DNA from: Sminthopsis crassicaudata
Lineage: Eukaryota
Direction of reading: 5' to 3'
DNA length: 64,000 bases
Assembly: GCF_048593235.1 (NCBI RefSeq)
Contig: NC_133618.1
Span: 59,864,478 to 59,928,477 of the forward strand
How positions within the stretch are numbered: the first letter of the stretch is position 1; each line of letters opens with the position of its first letter. Positions 34,969-45,423 of this stretch are shown piece after piece. The position numbers and the translations under genes were made by a program. Under the pieces are notes generated by a model. That model worked only from the letters and a program-made list of their open reading frames with translations, was not told the DNA's origin and did not search any database.

Positions 34969-37900
34969 TCAAGGCTCAGCGATGCTGCAGTCATAGCAGA
35001 AGTTGTAGTTGGTGGGCGGGGGCGGCACAGGGGGAGGCTGGTCGGGGATGGGCACATTCTCCAGTTCCAGCAGGCGGAGCTTGGTCTCCATGGCCAGCAG
35101 CAGCTCCAGCTCCATCCGCGTCTGCTCGCTGCTCATGCTCCCTCCCAGCAGGGCGCTCAGCCCGTCGGTCCACAGGCAGAACTAGGAGTGGGCCACAGGG
35201 ATTTGTCCTCTGTTGCTCGAGAGCCAGCCCTCAGCCCTCCCAGCCCGCCCCGGGCCTCCCCCCACTCACCTCCCGCTTAGAGGGGGCGATGAAGTTGAGA
35301 TAGGCCTCTTCCTCCCCAGCATCGTAGCTGACAGAGAAGGCGAGTTCACAGACGTCCTGAAGGGAAGAGGGCTCCCATGAGGGCAGAGGGAGAGGGGGCC
35401 CGGAGGGGCTAGCCCCAGGATGGACCCACCATTCTCCTGCTGCTCTAAGGCACCCAAGGGCTTCACTCTCGGCAGCCCAGGAGACCAGCAGGGCGAGCAG
35501 TGTCTCCATTCTATAAATGAGAAAACTGAGGTGGAGGCTGTGAACTTGCGGGGTTTCCCTGTGCCCAGGGCCACCTCTCTGGTGACAGCCCACAATTCTG
35601 GAGCAGATCATAGCCCTCCCCCTTGCCCCAGCTAGAAGGAAAGGGGCCAGCGGAGCTGGGGGTCCCGCAAAGCAGCAAAAGCCAGGCTGCCCTGGCCCAT
35701 CCTCACCTTATTTTGTTTCCCGGAGCCTTTCTCCCGAACATGGGGACAGTCCTTCCCCAGCAGTAGGGCCCTCATCTCAGCCACAGGGACTGTGTGGAGG
35801 GAGAGTCAGGGACAGTTACCACGGGTCACCCTGCAAGGGGAAGGGGAGGCTGGGGAGGGCTGGGGGCCAGAGCTGCTCGGGATCCCAACCCCAAGTGGCA
35901 GTCCCATGGGGATCCCTCCTGCGGGGTCTCGGGGCCCTCATACGCTTGTCAGGCAGGTTCTCTGGAGAAGGGTGGGCTGCTCCTTCTTCCACATCCCCAT
36001 ACTGCAGCATCTTGTGGTTAGGGGACAAACAGCAGAACCAGACCTTGTCTGCAGGGACAGAGGGAAGGAGAGGTGGATGAGGAAGCTAAGCTGAGACCCC
36101 TCCCCTCCTGTACTGACCCCCAGTTTACACACACTGACCTTGGCGACGGCGGCTACTGATCTTACGGAAAAGCGTCCCCTCACACAGCCGAAGCAGCCGC
36201 TGCTGACGGATCAGCTCCAAGAGCTCCGGCTTCAGCCTTTCCCGAAGCTCCCTGTGGGCAGGCAAGGCACGGAGCTGACAAAGGGGATGAGGGGCAGGGA
36301 GCTGGCAGCCCACAGGGCAGGGTTCCTAACCTGGGATCCACAGGAACCCCCAAGAATTTGTGGGGAGACTTCAGGGCATCTGTGAGCGTGGAAGGAAACA
36401 AAATATACCTTTGTTTTTATTAAAGATTGAGCCTTTCCTTCAATTATTTAAACATGATTCTGAGAAGGGATCCCTAGGTTTTTCCGGACTGCAGCCAGGG
36501 TGTCCATGACACCAAAAAGTCAGGACAAGGGGTTGCTGGAGACACATCAGACTGTGGCCCTGCCAGCAGGAGGCCAAAGGCCTGAGTCTGAAACTTGGGC
36601 CCCATCCCGGCAGCAGTGACTCCAGATATTCGTCTTCTCTGCTAAAACAGGATCCTAGTCTGCCTGCTCTCCTCCCAGAACTTGGAAAGTGCTTGCAAAT
36701 CTTAACATGAGAAGGCTTGGGTTCAAATTCTGACTCTACGACTATCTCGGAGGTGGAAACTACCATTTAGGTGCCATCCCAGGTCCAGCCTCAGTGGCTG
36801 TGGGACCTCTCATCCTAACTACCCAAAGGAGTTCCCACATCTACAGGCCCCAGAGGTGGTACACGGTGACGTCCCTTCTGAGCCCCACGAGCTCTTGCTG
36901 GCAGGGATGGGCCTCTCAGACAGGGACTGGAGTGGGGGCAGAGTCTGAGAGGGGGAGGCTCCGGGCACTGCTTGCCCCCCACTCCTTCCCCAGGGGCTCA
37001 CAGAATGGGTCTGGCCATGGTGCCCTCCTGATGCATCCTCTCCGTCTGCCGGAGCCTCAGCACCTCGCTGTAGCTGAGGGTGTTCACCTTGGTCCTGAAC
37101 AGCTCTAGAGAGGTCGGCTTCAAGGCCAGGGTTCGAGTCAGTTGTTCCCGAACCACCTGCATTACCTGGGAACGAAGATCCCTCGGTGTCCACACGTCCC
37201 CCTGCTTCCAAACAACCCCTCCCCCCCAGCCCCAGCCCGCAGGTTTCCTCCCTCACTTTGTCAAAGTCCTCCTGCGTGGCCCGCATCTCCTTCCACGTCT
37301 TGTTGAGCAACTGGATGCAGACACAGAAGAGCTCCTGGAAGCTGTTGTCTTGCCCAAAGAACATTGGGGAGAAGTCCTGGGCGGTCTCAGAGCCTCAGAG
37401 GAGGCGAAGGAGGGAGAGGGGCTCAGTAAGACCACTGAAGCAGCTCCCAGCTCTCCCACCCCACCAGTTCTTCCGGGGGTGCCTATAGGGCCCTTGGCTA
37501 ACACTGCCCAAGGCCAGGGCTGGCCCAGAGCCCCTTCCTGTGCCCCAGAGGGTCGGATGTGCCCTTGGCCACTAAGATAAGCTGCACTGGGACCGTTCTG
37601 CCCACCATCTCCCCCTGTCCTGTGGGCAACGCAAACCAGGAAAAGGGGGGTGCTGACTCACAGGGCTCCCCGATGTGCAACAGCTCGCACAGCAGCAGAG
37701 TGAGCTGGATGCTGCTCCGGGCAAAGGGACACTCGTGTTTGTCCTCTCGGCTGCTATTCTCCAGCACGAACTGGTGGGGCCGGCCGGAGAAGGAGGGGGG
37801 TCAGCCTCATCCAGGGAGGGGGCAGAGGGGACACGAGGCAAAGCCAGATAAAGAGAAGGGGGTGGGGCGGGGGTGGGGGAGAAGGAGAGCTCTGCAGGAC

Positions 37901-40900
37901 CAGGGACCGGAGGGGGAGGTGCGGGCACTGAAAAAAGGGGTCACTAACCCGGCTGTAGGCACTGGGGGCGTGGCTGGAAAAGTAGAGCATGTTGTCAAGG
38001 GCCAGCAGCCCTGGGGGGGCTCGCTCCAAGTCCTGCGCAGGGTTGCTGTTCTAGGGAAGGGGACAGAGATACCTCATGGGAGAAGGATCTAGACAAGCAA
38101 GGGCGAGGCCGACCTTGGCAGCCCCAGGGGCGGGGAGAGAGGGGGGGCCGGGGCCAGCAGGGGGCACTCACAGAGAACCCGAGCTTCCGGAACTCCCGGG
38201 CGCAGAGCGAGCGGCGGCGGTCAGCACTCAGGCCGCTGCCCTGGGACTCCCCGTCCAGCTCGAAGGCCGCTTGGCGCAGGGCCTGCAGCTGCTCCCGCTG
38301 CTCCTGAGGACGGGAGGAAGAAGTCACCCCGGGCCTTCGCTCCCAGCGCCCGCTGCGAGGCTGACGCATTCCCAGACGGGGCACCTGGTTGTAGGGGTCC
38401 AGCGGGGTGCGCATCCGCGGCTCCAGAAGGCCCAGCGTGAGGGCCTGCAGCACGTACAGGTGGTGGGCCATCTCATCCCCGAGCGGCGTGGCGCTGTGAA
38501 TGATGTTCTGGGGAGAGAGACAAGAGCGCTAGGGCCCCCGCCCCTCGTGGACCACCAGGGAAGAGGGAGAAGGGAGGGCGGGGCGCTGATACAGGCCCCT
38601 GTGTGCCGGGCCCCACAACGCTCAGCACTTTGGACCCTCAGCAGCCTTGGGAGGAAGGCGCTATCATCCCCATTTCACAGATGGGGAAACTGATACTAAG
38701 TGACTTGGCTAGGGTCCGACGGCTGAGAAGGACTGAACTCAGATCCTCCGGATTTCAGGCCTGGTGCGTTATCCACTAAGCGCCCCGCTGCCGAGAGAGG
38801 GAGGGAGGAAAAGAAATGGAAGAGTCGTCCTGGGACGGTTTGAGCCAGGACTGGGCGGAGGGAGAGGGTCCGCTGCAAGGCCTGGGGGGCGGGGGGAGGG
38901 GAGGGGACTCGGGTTGTCACAGCTTCAGCTCCCTGGTATGAAGCTGCCTGTCCCCACACTCGTGTCCCCTCGGACTCCTCCGCAAACAGCGAGCAGAGGG
39001 GCAGCGGCAGGACGGAGGCTGCGTGTGGGGCGGGGCGAGGCTTGAACCTGCGGCCATAAAACCGCCGCCTCTCTCATCCCGGAGAATGACCCCAACGGAT
39101 AACCCTAAAGGGCTTTGAGCTCTCCGCTATCCTAACCTATTAGCTCTCCTAACCCTATCTCCCTTCTCTGTGGAGCCTCACCTTGTAAATGAACTGACGG
39201 AGGTTCTTCCGCCACAAGTAGTCCAGCATGGCCTGGGAGGGGAAGGGAAGGAATGAGCGCAGGAAGAGTCGCTGCCCCCCCCCAGGCCTCTGCGTCCCCC
39301 GCAGCCCCCCCTCTGCGGCCTCTGCGCCCCCCCCCCCCGTCCCCCGCGGCCCCTGCGCCCCCGCGGCCTCGCCCTCACCTGTCGATCTGCAGAGTTGGCG
39401 TTCTGCAGCAGGGCAGTAAGCAAAGCCATGGCTTTGGTCTGTAACGGCTGGTTCAGCCTGAGAGCGAGGAGACCAAGGAAGGCGTCAACGAGAGTCCGGA
39501 CCCCAGCGGCCAGCCCCAAGCCCTCCGGTTCCCGCTCAGACCCTTACACTTGCAGATGCACCAGCAGCCGGTCCAGGGGCACTTCCTGCTTCACCAGCTG
39601 GCCCAGGGCGGGGCTGCTGAGGGCCAGGCTCTCCAGAAGGCCCAGGGCCAGTTGTGGCACCGAGGCGTCCATCAGGTTCATGTTGACATAAGACACCACC
39701 TGGGGTACAGGGAATAAAGTCAGCCCCGAACTGCAAGATAGCCCCAGCCCCCCCTTTGACTCCTTGTGTCCCCCGACCTTTGCCCTCTCCCGTCCCCACC
39801 TTCTTGACGAAGTTGCAGCTGAGAGTTTCCCAAGACACCACGCCATGCTCCATGAGCTCCGAGAAGGCCCTCAGTCCGTGGGCCAGGACCTCTCCTAGAC
39901 TGGGGGGAAACATGGAAAACCACAGGAGTCTGCTCCAGTTCTCTCCTTTTACAAATCAGCTGAAGCCCAGGGGTGGAGACACCCCAAGACCAGATAGTTC
40001 AATGAGGGGCTGGGACTTTCCACTAAAACCTGCTATCTCACGCCCAGGGCCTTCTCATTTAACCGAAAAGAGGAGGATCACAGGAAAAAACAAAATCTCT
40101 TCTCCAGGTGGATGGAATCATGACAATTGGCAACTGGGAGAAGGTAGAACTACCCATCCCTTATTTGACTATGGCTTGTTGTTCCCAGAATGACCTTTGG
40201 ATCACAAAGGAGAAAATAAAAATGGTTTCTAGGGATCCCAGATAAGCAGGGAAACAGATTAGCAAAGAACACAAAGCTGCTCTTTGTGAGGCCCTGATGT
40301 CCCAGGATCATCAGCCAGACTGAAGAAGGCTGAAAAGAGAGTGGAGCCCACAGACTAAGCTCCTGAGCTTTGATTCTTAGCAAAATTCAAGTTACGTGAA
40401 GGGAAGGCTGGTGAGTGAGCTTTTACAAAAGGGTACAGTAGTCACAAAAAGCCAGCTTGAGCACCAAGAAACAGGTCTTTCCAGTTGCAACTCATTTCCT
40501 TTATTTTGGGGGACAATTAAATCAGGGTGATAACTTCAGACATCATTTTAGCAAAGCACTTGACAAATTTTTTTTTTTTTTTGCATTCTAGGGAAAGGAG
40601 GGTATGAGAGGCCAGACAAGAGATGGATTCAGAATTTTCGGAATAGCTGGCCACAAAAGTGCTCATTGCAGTCTGACATTCCCTTGGAAAGAGGTCTCTA
40701 GAGGAGTTCCACAGGCATCTACTCTGCTCTTTCCCAGTCCCTTGGAAAAAGTCAGAAATGACACCCTTATCAAATCTTGGGGTAACATGTCGGTTGGCAG
40801 AGTCAGGAACTTTGAAGATTCTGGGCCCACTAGAACTTGGGTCCACATATAGGGAAGCAGAGTGGAACAAGCAAACTATGTACCAGGTTCTGAGCTAAGC

Positions 40901-43834
40901 TCTTTTTTGCAAATATTAACTTACTGGATCCTCACAATTCTGCAAGGTAGTTATTATTATGTCCACTTGACAGTTGAGGAAATAAAGCACACAAACTGAA
41001 GCACACATGTGTGATTGTCCAGGATCACAGCTAGAATCAAAGGCAAGGTCTGAACTCGGGAGGGCCTGACTCTAGGCCTAGTGCTCTAACCACTGTGCAT
41101 CCCAGCTGCCTCTTAGTGTATAAGATACCCATTAACAGGGATAAGTGGTGAAAGGCAGTGAAGTAGATGGAAGCTGGGTCTTGTAGTCCAGAAAGTCTTG
41201 AACTCAGCAGACTATGTGGTCACATAGGCAAATCACCCAAACCTCAAAATGTCCCAGAAAATCTCTAAAACCATTAAGTCAAAGATGAGTTGATGACAAT
41301 CCATGGAGGAACTCACAGATCCAGGACAGACGTACACATGGTTTAAAAATAACACCTTAGGGTGACTCAGGGGAGAGGGCAAGAAGAAGGGACAATGATG
41401 AGATAACAGTTCATATGAACAAGACCTAAGAGTTTTAGTAGACAAAAAAGCTCATGAGATTTTAGACACATTCCATCAAATGGCCACGGCTCAACCATCG
41501 CACATCAATGCAGAAAAGCATGGGAAGACATGATACAACGAAGTAAAGAGAACTAGAGAAATAATATAAACAAAGAGTACAGAACTATAAATGAGAGAAC
41601 AACAAAAAACCAATGAAACTGAATGCTGTGTACTTCTAATGACCAAGTTTGTCTGGAAGATGACATAAGAAAAATGTATCCCCCTCCTTTTTTTTTGCAG
41701 AAGTGGGCTGGCAAATGGTTAGGAGACATTGAATATCCTCTCAGATTCAAATTTGGACCATTCCCCCCACTTTTAAATTCTTTTTGTAGTGACAGAATCA
41801 CTCTAGAGTGGAAGGGGTAAGAGAACACATTCCAAAACTTAGGTTATATAAAGACAAAAAATATCAATGAGACAATATTTAAACAGGCAATACGCTTAAG
41901 ATTTAGGAAGGTTTAAATCCTTCTGTCTTGTGTCCAGGTCAGGTACTGTTCTAAATTTCAGAAAGGGCACTGATTTAATGAACTGGACAGTGTCCAAAGG
42001 AGAAGGGCCTCTGGCCAAAGAAGGTTTGGTCAAAGGAACTGAGATTGGGAAAGAGAAAAATTAAGGGGAATGCTGTCTTTGAGTATGTATTTGGAGAATG
42101 AAAGAGCTTCTCGCTACATCAGAAGGCAGAAAAAAAGAGCAATGGATGGGAGCTGTCAAATCCCAGACTTGACATAAGGAAAGGCAGCCTAACAATTATC
42201 AGGGGAAAGAAGCACACCTGGAACGAGCTGAAGGCAGAATGTCCACCTGTTAGGCAGGGCACAGGGAAATCTCATCTCTGAGATTCATTTTTTCACAGGA
42301 AGAAACTGAGCCCCAGAGGGAAAAAAGCCCTGCCTGCGACCCCCAGCTACTGAGTAGGAGAAGCGAGGTGCAGGTGTCCCACAGGTGAAGAGACGCCAAT
42401 CTCACCCACTGGCGGAACATTACAGGGACCCCGCGGTCCTGGCTGAGTAGGGCTAGCCCTGCCAGGGCTCCCGTTCCAGCACTCACTCGTCCCCATCCTC
42501 GATGATGGCCCCCAGACGCTGAAGCCCATCTCGGTTGATGACTTCTCCCGCAAAGGTCAGATCCGGAGCCAGCAGGGCCAGGCGGCTCAGAGCCTCCCTC
42601 TTCACTTCCCGGTTCCCACTCTGCAGGGCGCTCAGAAGTCTCTGTGCCTCTTTGTCCTGGCCAAGAAAAGGAGGAGACCTGACTTGGAGCTTGGGGCCCC
42701 AGACCGGGAAGGGGAGCAATTGCTTAAATGCTAGTCCGGAGAAGAGCGCCAGGGGCTTGACAAAGGGGGCTGGGAACGGGGATGGGGAGTCTGTACCGGT
42801 GCAATGCTGAGGGAAAGGATGCTCCCATTCTTAATTTCCGATCGGTTCTGGAAGAGACCAAAAAGAAGGCAGAAAGATGCTTTAAACGACGGGCGCGGGC
42901 GCAAAGAACCGGGCGTTAGTGGGTCGGTGATGGGGCCAGTCAGCGGGAAGTGCGTGAGACGTCGGCGGCCGGAGGGGGCTCAGTCAGGGGGCTCAGGGAA
43001 AGTGGCGGGTGAGGTGGTAAAGGAGCCATGGGGTGAGCTGAGGTGAGGTCAGGGAGGCAGGGGTGAGTCACGGACAGTTCCTGCGGGCACTCGGGCACTG
43101 CTGAGCTCCAGGCGGTGGCGTTGGGTAAGGAGCCTCAGCAGGGCGCCGGGAGGGCAGGAGGGCAACCGGTGAGCAGGGTCAGTCAGCGCTCACGCTCTCA
43201 GTGATGTACTTCCGATGGCCGTCCGCGTACTGCAGGGCGTAGTGCTCGGGGTCGTTCAGGTTCCAGCTGCAGGGAGGGAGCCGCCCTCAGCCTCCGACCC
43301 GCGACCCACCCACATCCCGAGCCCCAGCTCCCCGGCCGCCCATCCCACCCCGAGGCCCCGGCACTCACAAGTTGCAGACTTCCTTCAGCACTGCCGCCAG
43401 AGGCTTGGCCTGCGGGGGGAGGGGATGCGGTAGTGGGTCACCCACCCTGGCCACAGGTGGAGGGCTAGTGGTCAGCACCGCCGAGGACGGCGGGGTGTAG
43501 ATTGAATACGCGAGCCGGGCTGAGAGAGCGAGGAGGGAAGAGCCGGAGGGCAATGGCCACGTTGACCCGCTCTGGGCTTCGGCAGCTCCAACTAGATGGT
43601 CTCTAGGGGGGCTCCCGTCCCCAAGTCCTATGGCCCTACGACTCGGGAGTGCCAGGGCTTGGGGCAAGCAAGGACACGAGTGGGGGTGGAGAAAAGGGAG
43701 GCATGTGGGGCGTGCCCGGGACCCGAGTCTGGGCCCAGGTGTAGAGGCTAGGTTACCTGGTCTAGCTCGATGAGCTGCGGGATGGCCCCCGGCATCTGGA
43801 TAGCGATCTTGACCACGTTCTTAGGGGGGGCCAT
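34969..43834 (-). CDS. ELMO3: Engulfment and cell motility protein 3, complete, 720 aa
   Basis: Twenty exons in transcript order: 43834-43757 ([13 protein letters not shown]), 43409-43369, 43266-43194, 42847-42797, 42656-42487, 39899-39800, 39699-39548, 39457-39379, 39232-39182, 38507-38385, 38303-38172 (EFRKLGFS), 38050-37949 ([13 protein letters not shown]), 37770-37662 ([13 protein letters not shown]), 37393-37257, 37165-37002, 36251-36139 ([17 protein letters not shown]), 36048-35944, 35789-35707, 35356-35270, 35181-34969 ([25 protein letters not shown]). 2163 nt = 720 aa plus stop. Confidence 0.97.
37394..37474 (+). ncRNA. Putative orthologous site of MIR328 (weak hairpin, antisense to ELMO3 intron 13); not called as a functional miRNA
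   Basis: GAGGGGCTCAG (37416-37426), a 14-nt spacer, then cagctcccagctctcccacccc. This aligns without gaps to the human precursor as recalled. See findings. Confidence 0.35.
38664..38792 (-). mobile_element. MIR/CORE-type SINE in ELMO3 intron 9
   Basis: ccccatttcacagatggggaaactga…aagtgacttggctaggg…tgaactcagatcctccggatttcaggcc…ttatccact. Confidence 0.65.
41500..41880 (+). mobile_element. Old L1 3'-UTR fragment, flanked by CR1/L3-like remnants (about 41330-42260)
   Basis: caatgaaactgaatgctgtg…aatgaccaag…gcagaagtggg is L1-3'UTR-like. The flanks (aagacctaagagttttagtagac; gaactggacagtgtccaaaggag) are CR1-like. Assigned by recognition only. Confidence 0.5.
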
Positions 43835-44300
43835 GGCCCCCACGCCGGCTCGGCTGCCTGCCGGACCACAGAGGAAAGGGGTCAGCGCGGGCGGGGCCGG
43901 GCGCATTCCAGAGACGCGCCGGGACAGGTCTGGTCTGTCCCCGTCCTGCCCGGCCCCGCCCCCGCCCCCGCCCCCGCCCGGTCCGGTCCGCGGCCAGCGG
44001 GGTTGAGCTGGGGGTCAGAGATCTCTCCATGGCCTGCCCAAGGTCCGGCTCGGGGGCTTCCAGAACTCACCCGGCCCACCCGCCGCGACTCCCCGGACGC
44101 CGCGTCCTTCCCTGGGGAGCGCCCCGCAGTTCCGGGTTGGAGTACCGGGGGTGGGACGCACAGGGTGCAGGAGAGCTCCTGGGTTGGGCTGGGCTGGTCC
44201 CAGCCCTGCCCCGCCCCCAGTCCCGACCGGTGAAGGCGGAGGCTCGGCCTGGGGAAGGAATGGGAAGACTACCCTATCCCAGGACACCCAGGTGGAAAGC
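43835..44300 (-). promoter_or_regulatory. ELMO3 CpG-island promoter
   Basis: CpG-rich block directly upstream of the ATG, with four tandem GC boxes (CCCCGCCCCCGCCCCCGCCCCCGCCC, 43954-43979). Confidence 0.75.
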
Positions 44301-44498
44301 CAAGCTCACAAAGTTCCAAGGGATAAAGTTTGTTGGCGGGGCCAGGGCAAGGAGAATCCCTGCCCCCCACCAGCCTTTCCCACAATCCCCCCCCCTCCCC
44401 GCACCATAAGCACAGCTGTGTCCATTGGACACAATTCCTGGGCCTCTGTTTCCCAGGGGGGGCTGAAATAAGGGATCACGACAGCCTTCGGCATGGTT

Positions 44499-44504
44499 TT
44501 TATT
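44499..44504 (-). terminator. E2F4 polyadenylation signal
   Basis: tttatt on +. The minus strand reads TTTGTACAGTGAATGAATAAAAACC, with a TGTA upstream element, about 920 nt past the stop. Confidence 0.8.
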
Positions 44505-45423
44505 CATTCACTGTACAAATATTACAGGCAATTTCCTTACACTGCAAAAAGTATAAAAATAATCTTTATATAGGAATCTGTTCATTCCTGTAAATCTCTC
44601 TAAATCTCTTTCCAAACACTTTCTAACTGGAGGCAAGGGGTAGTACATGTCCCGGATGAGGAGGGCCTCCTTGCAGCCCTGGACTAGAGGGGGAGCCCCC
44701 CGGTGGGGGCTCAGGGATGAGGATCCATCCAGTTTGAGGAGTCACTCGGCCTGTCTCATGAATCTGTTTCAATCCGAGCAGCAAGTAGGACACGTGGGTG
44801 AAGGGGGTGTTGTTGGCAAGGGGACAGTGTGGCTTGGCTTGCTACAAGTATTCGGGCCTCTGGACTCCTGGGGAGCCTGCTTCAGACTCCGGAGATGGGC
44901 CTTGTGTGGTTGGTTTGTTACACCTGGCCTTGTGTCCTCACCCTGGCCCTGGGCTTGGCCTTTGGGGCCCTGGGGGGAGGAGCATGGACAGCAAAAGGAG
45001 AGAGAGGGGAAGAGTCTCTAGGGTAGCCTTGGTGATGGGAACTAAGGTACTGTATCACTCTGGGGCAGAGGGCCTGAGTTCTAAGACAAGGTCTGGGGTG
45101 CAAAAAAAGATGGGGGGACACGAGGGTTCTGGCCCTAGAAAGAGAGGCACGTGGCAAATGCTTTGGCTGCCTGTTGACAGGGAATAAAGACATTTGGGGA
45201 AAAGAGTCCCCTCTCCCCCTTTTGAAGGGTGGATGGATAAGCTGGCCAGAGGAAGAAACCTCTGACCCTAACTGTGCAATTTGGGGAGAGGGGATTGTAC
45301 GGGCCTGGCGGTCAGTGTATCTGCGGCAATCCTCTGGACAGTGGGCAAAAGGGGAGAAGGGAAGACCAAAGCAACCCCGAGTCAAACAGTCTTGTCTGCA
45401 CACGGCCCCAGGGTTGGCCGCAG

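Noticed and set aside
37771-37948. ELMO3 intron 12 as the miR-328 site
   Set aside because: I found no match to the remembered precursor on either strand. The match is at the 3' end of intron 13.
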